A DNA stretch of 64,000 nt, taken from positions 96,001 through 160,000 of IMG/VR virus record IMGVR_UViG_3300027793_000055; one strand, written 5' to 3'. A model generated the notes under the pieces. That model ran no database searches. It was not told where the DNA came from and worked only from the letters and a program-made list of their open reading frames with translations. This DNA is from a virus. Shown here piece after piece: positions 55,680-63,936 of this stretch (position 1 is its first letter; every line of letters begins with the position of its first letter). A program made the translations under genes and the position numbers.

Positions 55680-55864
55680 TAAGTTTCCTTTGATATAGCC
55701 CATTTTCCTTTTTCAATCAGGCTTACAGCAACGTTAACTGAAAAAGGCATAGTCTTTAAACTATCCTGCCAAAATAGAAACAGTTGTCCTTGAACAATAT
55801 CAGTAACCAGTGCAATTCTATGGCTATTACGAACAACAATAAGATCGCCAACTTGGAAATGCAT
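55679..55864 (-). CDS. Small SH3-like protein
   Basis: FQVGDLIVV...ALVTDI...LFWQD. Confidence 0.6.
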   Translation of the reverse strand: MHFQVGDLIVVRNSHRIALVTDIVQGQLFLFWQDSLKTMPFSVNVAVSLIEKGKWAISKET

Positions 55865-55910
55865 ATACACCAAAACCCACTTATTAAGTGGGCTAAAAGT
55901 GATTTAAATT

Positions 55911-56501
55911 TTACTTCTTTGGAAAGAACCTTTCTTCTATGTGACTGCTCTTACCAGAGAACCAATCTTCTGGAATCTGGGTAATAACCATCTCTTCACT
56001 TACACCGGAAAGAAGTGTCATATAGTAATCATTATAACCGGCGGTGCTTTCTAGTTTAGAGAACTTTTCCAATTTAATGGGATAACGAGTGTATTGGCTA
56101 GCATCAAGCGTAATACTATCACTATTTTCGTGATAAGTGATTCTATCCCAATTAATTTCTGTGATAATAGCCATATGGCTATCGTACCTAGGCTCAACAA
56201 GAGCACCGATACCAAATCCAGTTTTACACATTTTCTGGAAGAGGTTCTTTCGATATTCTGCATTTTTTGCAATAGCTTGTGAATAATCTACGATGAGCTT
56301 CTTGCAAGTCTTTCTATTGTGGCTAGTTTCACCACAATAACCACACCTTTTGGTAGTATTTGAAGAAGCATGATGAGCCACTTTTTGTGCTGCATAACTA
56401 TTTGGATTTTGTCGTGCCTGTTCTTTTAGTTTAGGGCATCCTCGCTGATTATGTCCAGTACCACCGCACCAACGACAGTGCACGCTTCTACGATAGACCA
56501 C
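55911..56501 (-). CDS. Protein with two CCHC zinc knuckles
   Basis: CRWCGGTGHNQRGC and CGYCGETSHNRKTC. Confidence 0.8.
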   Translation of the reverse strand: MVYRRSVHCRWCGGTGHNQRGCPKLKEQARQNPNSYAAQKVAHHASSNTTKRCGYCGETSHNRKTCKKLIVDYSQAIAKNAEYRKNLFQKMCKTGFGIGALVEPRYDSHMAIITEINWDRITYHENSDSITLDASQYTRYPIKLEKFSKLESTAGYNDYYMTLLSGVSEEMVITQIPEDWFSGKSSHIEERFFPKK

Positions 56502-56530
56502 GGTGATCTCCTTTGTTTGCCGGGGAAGTC

Positions 56531-56559
56531 AGCATAGCATGGATCGATCCTATCGTCAA
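56531..56559 (-). promoter_or_regulatory. sigma70-type promoter
   Basis: TTGACG-N17-TATGCT; two GATC in spacer. Confidence 0.8.
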
Positions 56560-56593
56560 CAGATAAGAACGTTCTATGCCATAGATATAAAAA

Positions 56594-56797
56594 CTAAGAT
56601 ATTTTAATAACTTTAATTTTTATTGTTGAAACAACAGGTTTAATGTTATAGATTAATTCCTGCCCTATTTCTGCTGTTATGACAGCCATATGTTCACAAG
56701 CCGGAATATCTACAATTTGTATAAGCTCTTGAAATGAGGCTGACTCATAAAATACTCTGCCAGTCTCAATCGATAATACTCTATATTTTGGCGGCAT
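56594..56797 (-). CDS. Hypothetical protein
   Basis: 67 aa. Confidence 0.45.
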   Translation of the reverse strand: MPPKYRVLSIETGRVFYESASFQELIQIVDIPACEHMAVITAEIGQELIYNIKPVVSTIKIKVIKIS

Positions 56798-56802
56798 ATG
56801 TT

Positions 56803-57045
56803 TTATTCTACTATAGAAAATGCATCCTCTAGAACATCGGTATACATCTCAATATATGAACCACTGATAGATTGAATTGTATACTCATGAAGAAGTCTGT
56901 TCTTTGATTGTATATTTTTAGAAATGATAAGAAAAAGTTGACCTTTTGTAAAGGAAAAATATTCACTGTTAATATCAGCGAATGTTCTAGAGAAATTTAA
57001 GCATATAAGATCACCAATCTTAAACTTATTCTGGCTCATATTCAA
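56803..57045 (-). CDS. Small SH3-like protein
   Basis: FKIGDLICL...GQLFLII. Confidence 0.55.
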   Translation of the reverse strand: MNMSQNKFKIGDLICLNFSRTFADINSEYFSFTKGQLFLIISKNIQSKNRLLHEYTIQSISGSYIEMYTDVLEDAFSIVE

Positions 57046-57256
57046 TCTTCCAATAGCCGCGTTTAATATCCCTATCTAGATAAGTATCCAATATACAAAA
57101 CTCCTGACTATCATCCATAAAATGAAATAAATAATAATATTTACCACTATCGGTACTTATCCCTCCAGAAAGAAGTAAGGCAAGAGTATCATAAGTATCA
57201 TCTGCAAAATCCTTGAAAGAAAAGATGGTACCAGTTTTAAAAGTTTTCCGACTCAT
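57026..57256 (-). CDS. Small SH3-like protein
   Basis: FKTGTIFSF...GYWKIEYE; close paralog of the next gene. Confidence 0.6.
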   Translation of the reverse strand: MSRKTFKTGTIFSFKDFADDTYDTLALLLSGGISTDSGKYYYLFHFMDDSQEFCILDTYLDRDIKRGYWKIEYEPE

Positions 57257-57476
57257 GTTCTAGTATCCAATATCCTTGAACAAGCTTCCACTCTAAATCA
57301 GTAGCAGCTAAATTATAATAATTTTCTATAGCCGTATCATAGAATCTATATCCAATATTATTTCCATCTTTGTGAGAAGAAACCAGTAAAACAAAAGTTG
57401 TATCTTTTTCTTCACCTTCGTAATAAGAACGAGGCTCTATAAAAGAAAACAAGGTACCAGTTTTATACTGTTTCAT
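57237..57476 (-). CDS. Small SH3-like protein
   Basis: YKTGTLFSF...GYWILEHE. Confidence 0.6.
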   Translation of the reverse strand: MKQYKTGTLFSFIEPRSYYEGEEKDTTFVLLVSSHKDGNNIGYRFYDTAIENYYNLAATDLEWKLVQGYWILEHESENF

Positions 57477-57645
57477 ATATTTCAAATCTATCGTCTTCAA
57501 GATCTATACAACTGAGCGTATGATCTACCGATTCACACCAAACAGTTTTATACCAGGTTTGCTCTTTTGTTTCTCTTTCTATTTTTACAATTACTCCCCA
57601 TTCTTCATCCCAATTATCATAAATAAGGGTACCAACTTTAAACAT
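57463..57645 (-). CDS. Small SH3-like protein
   Basis: MFKVGTLIYD...WGVIVKI...YKTVW. Confidence 0.6.
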   Translation of the reverse strand: MFKVGTLIYDNWDEEWGVIVKIERETKEQTWYKTVWCESVDHTLSCIDLEDDRFEIYETV

Positions 57646-57646
57646 T

Positions 57647-57883
57647 TTATTGATTGCCGTGGTATTGAATTAGTGTAGACCAAGCAACAAGATTAATATC
57701 GTGGTCTTGAAAAACATTCAATCGCGTTGGCCAATATACTTTCATCATTTTAGTCATCTTACCTTTATATCTGGCTTCATAAAGATCAATTATAATACCA
57801 AACCCACCTTCATCGGGTAGATTTAGAAAAAGAAGATCCCCCACCTTTACTGGTGGAGGATTACCAAGTGAATAACTATTCAT
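57647..57883 (-). CDS. Small SH3-like protein
   Basis: VKVGDLLF...GIIIDL...KVYWP. Confidence 0.6.
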   Translation of the reverse strand: MNSYSLGNPPPVKVGDLLFLNLPDEGGFGIIIDLYEARYKGKMTKMMKVYWPTRLNVFQDHDINLVAWSTLIQYHGNQ

Positions 57884-58584
57884 CGTGACAGCTTCAAGTA
57901 TCGTTCTTCAATATTGATCAAAACATCATCACCAATAGGCAGCAATGAATAAGAACGTGAACCAGCAGCAGCACGAACTTTATTGGTAACTTCAATAATA
58001 ATAAAAGTATTATCGTTGTGCTTGCCAGCAACAAAAGAATTTTTTCCAACATTAGTCAACACAACAGCATCACCATTGTTAAACTTTGGTTTAGAAGCCA
58101 ATTGTTCAAGATAACGCTGTGCATATTTATTATTCACGATCTTTTCATAAGTCTGCTCGGAAGGGATATAACTTTCTTCCGCGAGTACCTTTTCGCAGGT
58201 ATCACGATAATAATAGGGCTGGCTTCCGGCTGCAGCCATATCCTTGTACCACTTGGCAATGAGACGCATCTTTGTTCGCTTGTCCTCATCATACGATGCT
58301 TGCCATGCTTTGATAATGGCAGCATTCTCTTGCAAAGCATCATCGGAATACCTCTTTTCGTTATCTTCGATGCATCTAACTTGATTAGTCGAAAGCGAAC
58401 CCCGTGCATTAAATTGTTCAAGGAGAGAACGCATGAACTCTTCAGTCTTAGGATACTGACGAACAGCAGGATTAGTAAGTAGCTTTTCAAGCCTTTCTTT
58501 AAGGGATGGATCATTTACACGAGTATTGATAGAGTTAAATTGATTATTGGTTGGAGCCGGCTTAAAATGACGATAATAAGGCAC
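57880..58584 (-). CDS. Hypothetical protein with C-terminal SH3-like domain
   Basis: FMRSLLEQF...GSLSTNQ; KFNNGDAVV; GC-richer codons. Confidence 0.65.
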   Translation of the reverse strand: MPYYRHFKPAPTNNQFNSINTRVNDPSLKERLEKLLTNPAVRQYPKTEEFMRSLLEQFNARGSLSTNQVRCIEDNEKRYSDDALQENAAIIKAWQASYDEDKRTKMRLIAKWYKDMAAAGSQPYYYRDTCEKVLAEESYIPSEQTYEKIVNNKYAQRYLEQLASKPKFNNGDAVVLTNVGKNSFVAGKHNDNTFIIIEVTNKVRAAAGSRSYSLLPIGDDVLINIEERYLKLSR

Positions 58585-58614
58585 TTTTAACCTCGTTTGT
58601 GCTGTCCGATAGCT

Positions 58615-58643
58615 ATCCTATCACACATTCCGCCTTCTGTCAA
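58615..58643 (-). promoter_or_regulatory. sigma70-type promoter
   Basis: TTGACA-N17-TAGGAT. Confidence 0.8.
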
Positions 58644-58662
58644 CAACAAGTAAAGTCGATTA

Positions 58663-58920
58663 TCAATTAATTGTTTTTGAGTTTTTATTTAATCTTTTTA
58701 CTATAGCAAAAAGAAGGTGCGATACATATGTTTCTGCTGTTCTTTTTCCAGCTAAGTCAGAGTGTGATAAATATGCATCAATATAATCCTGAATTACTGT
58801 ACCAATTTCACTTAAAATAAGTTTTTCTGGATCTTCTCTTGTTAATTCTTCTATAATGAGATTTTCCTGTTTTATAATTTCTTTTTCTTCGCTCGAAAGA
58901 GGAGTATTCTTTTTCTTCAT
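58663..58920 (-). CDS. Hypothetical protein
   Basis: 85 aa. Confidence 0.5.
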   Translation of the reverse strand: MKKKNTPLSSEEKEIIKQENLIIEELTREDPEKLILSEIGTVIQDYIDAYLSHSDLAGKRTAETYVSHLLFAIVKRLNKNSKTIN

Positions 58921-59169
58921 TTATACGACCTTTAAAGTAAGTGTAGCTGTAGCAACTGTGTAATCCATATATTTTTGAGCATCTTGCCAAAATACAATCA
59001 GTCTAGTATTATCTATAGATGTAATTACCCCAAAGCCATTACCATATGCTGCTTTGAATTTATAAATATCTTGAAGTTCGACCAGATCACCTAATTTAAA
59101 AGTGTGAGGATATGAAAGAGTACCATCCGGGTTTGTTATAAGTTTTTTTCTTGCCATTTTAATCCTCAA
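58921..59169 (-). CDS. Small SH3-like protein
   Basis: FKLGDLVEL...GVITSI...VFWQD. Confidence 0.6.
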   Translation of the reverse strand: MRIKMARKKLITNPDGTLSYPHTFKLGDLVELQDIYKFKAAYGNGFGVITSIDNTRLIVFWQDAQKYMDYTVATATLTLKVV

Positions 59170-59368
59170 AAATCAATAGTTTATTGATTTCAAAATAATA
59201 AGTTTTATCTGGTATTTGCTGAAATACGATTCCAACATCGCCATATCCATCATCACCATCAACAACAATAGCTAATCTATATTCATCTGCTGAATCTTTA
59301 AGATATGCATGTGCTACTAACTGACCAATTTTGATATTTTCAATAGTTGCAGCTTTAATGTTAGGCAT
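59159..59368 (-). CDS. Small SH3-like protein
   Basis: IKIGQLVAH...AIVV. Confidence 0.55.
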   Translation of the reverse strand: MPNIKAATIENIKIGQLVAHAYLKDSADEYRLAIVVDGDDGYGDVGIVFQQIPDKTYYFEINKLLIFED

Positions 59369-59527
59369 TTAGAGTTTTTTAATTCGATTGTAATTTATAA
59401 TATATTCTGTATCTCGTGAATGAATATAGATTTTAGCCATTTCTTTATGAGGCCAAATATCTAAAATTGTTGCAAGAAGATTGCCAATCTTTGTTTCGAC
59501 AATATCGCCTACATTAAAATAGTTCAT
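59369..59527 (-). CDS. Small SH3-like protein
   Basis: FNVGDIVET...ATILDI. Confidence 0.55.
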   Translation of the reverse strand: MNYFNVGDIVETKIGNLLATILDIWPHKEMAKIYIHSRDTEYIINYNRIKKL

Positions 59528-59547
59528 AAAACCCACTAAATAATTAT

Positions 59548-59736
59548 TTAAAAGGAAATTTTCTGATATAAGCACTCTATATTCGCAAGAGACTCATCAG
59601 AAACAAATCCATCAAAAAAATTTGGCCAATATACCTTAAATCCATATTGTTTTTCTGGATCTATTGCGAATATAATCCCAATTTGTTTGTCATTTGGATC
59701 AAAAATAAGAGTTCCAACAACTTCTTGATTATTCAT
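59548..59736 (-). CDS. Small SH3-like protein
   Basis: VVGTLIFD...GIIFAI...KVYWP. Confidence 0.6.
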   Translation of the reverse strand: MNNQEVVGTLIFDPNDKQIGIIFAIDPEKQYGFKVYWPNFFDGFVSDESLANIECLYQKISF

Positions 59737-59929
59737 AACACACTCTTTTAATGTCCTGAAAATATTCATCTATTGGCTTGTTTTTATTTGGCCAAAATAC
59801 AGTTACCTTTGGATTCATAGAAGAACTATCAACTGCTATAACAATACCATAACCATACTGTTGTGTTGAGTTAAAATTCGCCTCAACAAGATCACCAACC
59901 ATAAACATTTGTGAACGAAATTTAGCCAT
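59729..59929 (-). CDS. Small SH3-like protein
   Basis: FMVGDLVEA...GIVIAV...TVFWP. Confidence 0.6.
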   Translation of the reverse strand: MAKFRSQMFMVGDLVEANFNSTQQYGYGIVIAVDSSSMNPKVTVFWPNKNKPIDEYFQDIKRVCYE

Positions 59930-59930
59930 A

Positions 59931-60203
59931 TTATTCTTCACCATAGCTTGGTGACAAAGCACCTTCTAGAAGTGCAGAAGTACCATCTTTATTGAAGGTT
60001 CTTCTATCTTCAATAGGCTTACTAAAGTCATGCATGTTCTTATGCATAAGAAGATTGATTGGCTCACTCAAAGGAATATCCTGAATAATATGGCCTTTGT
60101 TTGGATCAAGTTGCACAAAATCAACCTTACTAATAGGAATTAGCCTACCATATACACGAATAAACATAACATCATTATTACCAATATCAATATATTTATT
60201 CAT
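59931..60203 (-). CDS. Hypothetical protein
   Basis: 90 aa, AGGA SD. Confidence 0.55.
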   Translation of the reverse strand: MNKYIDIGNNDVMFIRVYGRLIPISKVDFVQLDPNKGHIIQDIPLSEPINLLMHKNMHDFSKPIEDRRTFNKDGTSALLEGALSPSYGEE

Positions 60204-60211
60204 AATTTCCT

Positions 60212-60460
60212 TTAAATTTCGATCTTGGAAAAGTACGGACTTTTATAACTGTGAAGATCATTTTTATGCCAGTATAGAACACGATCTGTTTTTACAGAAA
60301 GAATTTCGTATTGTTGTTCGCCATCAATAATCAAATTATCTGAAATAATAAGAAAAAGATCTCCAACATTACATTGTATACTTTCTTCATAATCAAGACC
60401 AACAGAAAGATAAATATTTTTATTAATCTGAATAAGGTCGCCGGTTTTAAACAGTTTCAT
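60212..60460 (-). CDS. Small SH3-like protein
   Basis: FKTGDLIQI...GDLFLII. Confidence 0.55.
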   Translation of the reverse strand: MKLFKTGDLIQINKNIYLSVGLDYEESIQCNVGDLFLIISDNLIIDGEQQYEILSVKTDRVLYWHKNDLHSYKSPYFSKIEI

Positions 60461-60684
60461 AACTTACGCATATACCTTTCTGTCAGGCAGATTTTATCTG
60501 AGATTAAAAAGTGATTTTCATACTCTCCCTGTAAAAATATGCTGTATATATTTTCTTCCCAACCTGAATCTCGGCCACGATGCCGAGAATAGATAATACC
60601 AGTAAGTATCTGCGGCTCTCCAGATATAGATGGTATATGGCAAACTATTAATTCACCAATCTTGTATTTATATCTGGCTTTCAT
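60457..60684 (-). CDS. Small SH3-like protein
   Basis: YKIGELIVC...GIIY. Confidence 0.55.
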   Translation of the reverse strand: MKARYKYKIGELIVCHIPSISGEPQILTGIIYSRHRGRDSGWEENIYSIFLQGEYENHFLISDKICLTERYMRKL

Positions 60685-61172
60685 GGGTTATTAAGCATTA
60701 GCTGTTCATTAGTCAAACCAAGTGAAACACATTTCTTATAAAAGCGATTCCAAGTAAGATGCTGCACAACCTTAAACTTATGATTTCGTACCTGCTTTTC
60801 TTCAATAACAAAGAGTTTATAATTTTTTGGATTAAATTTAAGGTTTCCCTTCATCGAATACGATTGATACCAAGTTTTTTCGCTAGAAGGAAGAACACAA
60901 TGGACGGTAAAATAGTGAAAATTATTTTTAATTGCATTGATGAATGAAACTGGTTTTGATGCAAGATTCATGACAACTGTTAACCTATCTTCTCCTTGCC
61001 AAGAATTAATATTTGCAGTAGCATCTGCAACTGATTCTTCAACAGTAAAACGAAAAAATGAAATAACTTCTTCTTCATTATCAAAAAAGATAGCTCGATC
61101 TGTAGTGCCATAATGATAATCATAAAGAAAATCAAGAAGTGACCAACCCTTTGGCTTGAGCATATACTTCAT
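60681..61172 (-). CDS. Hypothetical protein
   Basis: 163 aa. Confidence 0.6.
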   Translation of the reverse strand: MKYMLKPKGWSLLDFLYDYHYGTTDRAIFFDNEEEVISFFRFTVEESVADATANINSWQGEDRLTVVMNLASKPVSFINAIKNNFHYFTVHCVLPSSEKTWYQSYSMKGNLKFNPKNYKLFVIEEKQVRNHKFKVVQHLTWNRFYKKCVSLGLTNEQLMLNNP

Positions 61173-61185
61173 AATGTTCTACCTT

Positions 61186-61368
61186 TCAGTTATAAGCAAG
61201 ACGAATGATAAAAAGCTGTCTCAAAAAAAGTGTTTTATCTGAATGAATAATGCTGTAGATTGTATCTCCTAGAAAGTCCTCGTCAATAAATTCAATAAGA
61301 CCAATTTGTTCTTCATCACCATATTTAAAGACGACTAAGTCACCAACATTGTACTTATTCATAATCAA
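61186..61368 (-). CDS. Small SH3-like protein
   Basis: YNVGDLVVF...GLIEFI. Confidence 0.6.
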   Translation of the reverse strand: MIMNKYNVGDLVVFKYGDEEQIGLIEFIDEDFLGDTIYSIIHSDKTLFLRQLFIIRLAYN

Positions 61369-61718
61369 ATACCATCACGATTCTTGTAGTTGTAAGCATC
61401 AGCAGTATGCAAACAAGCACCTTCCGTCTTGATAAGACGACGATGCTTGGACACTTGATTGATATTGTCACCCATATTGCTACCCTTGTTCTTCAACTTG
61501 GTAGTAGCATTAAGATAATCGGTGAGTGCAGGATCGGTATTGATCTGAATAGAACAACCAGTCTTGTGCGAATAGATCATATTGCCCGTATATTTTACAG
61601 CTTCACACTCATCTTCGCCACACTCGTTGCAAACAATAGCACGACCGGGCTTACCCTTGCGAGAAGCCTTGTCATAATCAGCACCACAAGAAGCACAAAC
61701 TGCATTGTAAATCGGCAT
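61365..61718 (-). CDS. Zinc-ribbon protein (CxxC...CxxC)
   Basis: CASCG...RKGKPG...CNECG; first gene after a promoter. Confidence 0.65.
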   Translation of the reverse strand: MPIYNAVCASCGADYDKASRKGKPGRAIVCNECGEDECEAVKYTGNMIYSHKTGCSIQINTDPALTDYLNATTKLKNKGSNMGDNINQVSKHRRLIKTEGACLHTADAYNYKNRDGI

Positions 61719-61750
61719 AGATCACCTATCGCGGAAAAGGCTACATCCCG

Positions 61751-61779
61751 ATCCTACCACGGGATCGGGTTCGCGTCAA
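61751..61779 (-). promoter_or_regulatory. sigma70-type promoter
   Basis: TTGACG-N17-TAGGAT; GATC in spacer. Confidence 0.8.
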
Positions 61780-61930
61780 GGGGTTTCTGCGGGATCATTC
61801 TTCGTCGGGCTTTACTTTATTACGACGACGATTCTTACTGTGCCATTTTTTATCTTTGTGTTGTCCAGCACCTTTTCGGTTCCAAGCATTTTGTGCAACA
61901 CGATTACGAATGTTTAGCATAGTCATATAA

Positions 61931-62092
61931 TTAGTCCACAGGTTTAATCATCATCGCAAGTTGAAAGTCCTCAAAATAATCTGGAGCATTGATCCAATCT
62001 AACTCTAACACATTTGGGTCTGGTGTGTCAACTACAATAGCAAGAAAACCTTGATATTCAACCATATCACCGATTTTAAATTTATACTTCAT
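61931..62092 (-). CDS. Small SH3-like protein (53 aa, below track cutoff)
   Basis: Manual translation MKYKFKIGDMVEYQGFLAIVVD...LDWIN. Confidence 0.6.
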   Translation of the reverse strand: MKYKFKIGDMVEYQGFLAIVVDTPDPNVLELDWINAPDYFEDFQLAMMIKPVD

Positions 62093-62274
62093 TCGTAAAC
62101 CTCTAAACGATGAATTGAGATTAGTTCTTTTATTTCATTCTCGGAATACCAACTAGATGTTCCATTAGTCCAATAAATATCATAAATTCTATCTCTTACA
62201 CGATAGATATAGCCACATGAGTCAATATGATTGTGATTATCCTGATGTATGACTAAACTACCAACTTTACACAT
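62089..62274 (-). CDS. Small SH3-like protein
   Basis: CKVGSLVIH...GYIYRV...IYWT. Confidence 0.6.
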   Translation of the reverse strand: MCKVGSLVIHQDNHNHIDSCGYIYRVRDRIYDIYWTNGTSSWYSENEIKELISIHRLEVYE

Positions 62275-62275
62275 A

Positions 62276-62482
62276 TTATTCTACTGGAATATATTCTACA
62301 TTATCTTTCAGCATTTCAGTTAGCTCTTGTTCTGTCCAATAAGTATCTTTATAATTTGGCTTGTTAATATAAGTCAGCCAATGATATGTTACACCTTTTT
62401 CTTGGTCAATTTTATACAAATAGCATCGCACTTCTTCATCGAAGTTGTGATCAATAAAAATGTCGCCAATATTATATTTCAT
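62276..62482 (-). CDS. Small SH3-like protein
   Basis: MKYNIGDIFID. Confidence 0.6.
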   Translation of the reverse strand: MKYNIGDIFIDHNFDEEVRCYLYKIDQEKGVTYHWLTYINKPNYKDTYWTEQELTEMLKDNVEYIPVE

Positions 62483-62699
62483 TTGGATAATATATGTAGT
62501 AGTGTTTTTCTTCTACTTGATACTGTAAGAACTGTTCAGTATATTCTTCGTAGTAATGATTATCATCTATTATATGGACAGCTAAATATAAATTTGGATC
62601 AAGCTTTTTATCTTTTGTTCGGCTTATGCGTTTATCAATTATATAAAGAAAGGTGTTATTACCTGTTATAAAAAACATATCACCTATATTGTATTTCAT
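62472..62699 (-). CDS. Small SH3-like protein
   Basis: MKYNIGDMFFI. Confidence 0.55.
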   Translation of the reverse strand: MKYNIGDMFFITGNNTFLYIIDKRISRTKDKKLDPNLYLAVHIIDDNHYYEEYTEQFLQYQVEEKHYYIYYPNEI

Positions 62700-62706
62700 A
62701 TGAAAA

Positions 62707-62895
62707 CTACTCGTATACTTCAATAAGTTCAGCTGCAATTAATTCTATTAATTCTCGATTAGTATACCACACACTTCTATCACGTACACTAGGCCAAGCT
62801 ACATAAATTCTAAGTTTTTCTATTTTATAGATATAGCCAAAATCAATACTTTTATCAGGATTGTGATATATTAGTAGTGTATTGATTTTGAACAT
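62707..62895 (-). CDS. Small SH3-like protein
   Basis: FKINTLLIY...GYIYKI...VAWP; paralog of 62089-62274. Confidence 0.6.
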   Translation of the reverse strand: MFKINTLLIYHNPDKSIDFGYIYKIEKLRIYVAWPSVRDRSVWYTNRELIELIAAELIEVYE

Positions 62896-62918
62896 TATTA
62901 AAATACCTATTCTATATC

Positions 62919-63131
62919 TTACTCTAAATCAACATACCAAGCCCAATTAATATTAATAAAATCTTGCAAAGCATCTTGGTCGTTATTATAATAATGTCCT
63001 CTTGAGTTTGCAGTTTTATGTTGACGAAGTATTGCTTCGCGTTCTGTAATACCCATTATCTTATTTTTTATTTGTTCGCCAGTTTCTTCATCAAAAACTG
63101 GCTCATCATATGCAATAAATTTTACTGTCAT
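62919..63131 (-). CDS. Hypothetical protein
   Basis: 70 aa. Confidence 0.55.
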   Translation of the reverse strand: MTVKFIAYDEPVFDEETGEQIKNKIMGITEREAILRQHKTANSRGHYYNNDQDALQDFININWAWYVDLE

Positions 63132-63304
63132 TTGTTTTCTTCAATATACCACTTCTTGTGTTCTATCATCATATGCATTGAAGATTCACTACAACTAGTA
63201 TTCTCACCAGTATTCCAACTTATTTTATAACTTTCTATATTAGAAATTATAATACCAAATCTACCTGTAGATGAAATTATAAGAGTACCAACAGCAATTT
63301 TCAT
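63128..63304 (-). CDS. Small SH3-like protein
   Basis: IAVGTLIISSTGRFGII...ISW...KWYI. Confidence 0.6.
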   Translation of the reverse strand: MKIAVGTLIISSTGRFGIIISNIESYKISWNTGENTSCSESSMHMMIEHKKWYIEENK

Positions 63305-63501
63305 TTTTGGATAAACCACTTTTCATAACGAATCATGAAAAGCAGATGTTCTTCATTGATATGATCATCTCCTTGTTCATCTGACCAAGTAAGTTTCATT
63401 TCGACTGTTTGATCTTTCCTATGTTCTAGATTCTTGATTTCTGTAATAAGGGCAGTTCTTCCAGAATTGCTAATAATAAGATTACCAACTTTAAAACTCA
63501 T
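63301..63501 (-). CDS. Small SH3-like protein
   Basis: FKVGNLIISNSGRTALI...LTW...KWFI. Confidence 0.6.
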   Translation of the reverse strand: MSFKVGNLIISNSGRTALITEIKNLEHRKDQTVEMKLTWSDEQGDDHINEEHLLFMIRYEKWFIQK

Positions 63502-63514
63502 AAATCCTCCATTA

Positions 63515-63865
63515 TCACAGATCAAACTCGATTTGACGCACAAGTCTAATTCCAAAAGGTGTATCAAAAGCACCTTTTTGTGTATAGTCATCTTGATCTT
63601 CACCAAGAATAGTCAGACTATATCCTTCATTTTCTTCAGGATCTTCACTATCTTCAAGATCAGCCAAGAATGTCATAATTCCATCAACAAGCTCATACCC
63701 ATCGTACCATTTTACATCTGGCCAACGAAACAGTGTCCATCCGTTTTTTTCGTAACGATCACAGCCTTGCAAGAGTTCAAGTATGATTTCATCTGAAAGT
63801 ACTTGTACCATTTTCTTTACATTCTTTTCAGTAAGAGCGATAAACACATCTGAACGATAGCCCAT
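63515..63865 (-). CDS. Hypothetical phage protein (MGYRSDV...WPDVKWY...ILGEDQDD)
   Basis: 116 aa, GGAGG SD, first gene after a promoter. Confidence 0.7.
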   Translation of the reverse strand: MGYRSDVFIALTEKNVKKMVQVLSDEIILELLQGCDRYEKNGWTLFRWPDVKWYDGYELVDGIMTFLADLEDSEDPEENEGYSLTILGEDQDDYTQKGAFDTPFGIRLVRQIEFDL

Positions 63866-63906
63866 ACTCGTCCTCCAATCGTATTAACAAGAACAGCCCT
63901 TTACCT

Positions 63907-63936
63907 ATCCTAGCACGGGATCGGTCGGGCTGTCAA
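63907..63936 (-). promoter_or_regulatory. sigma70-type promoter
   Basis: TTGACA-N18-TAGGAT; GATC in spacer. Confidence 0.75.

Noticed and set aside
54795-63501. Diversity-generating retroelement behind the SH3-like array
   Set aside because: No reverse transcriptase and no template/variable repeat pair differing only at adenines in this window
1542-63796. Numerous + strand ORFs of 60-180 aa in the track
   Set aside because: They lie antisense to well-supported genes and have low-complexity shadow composition; only 22486 and 28057 are accepted on +
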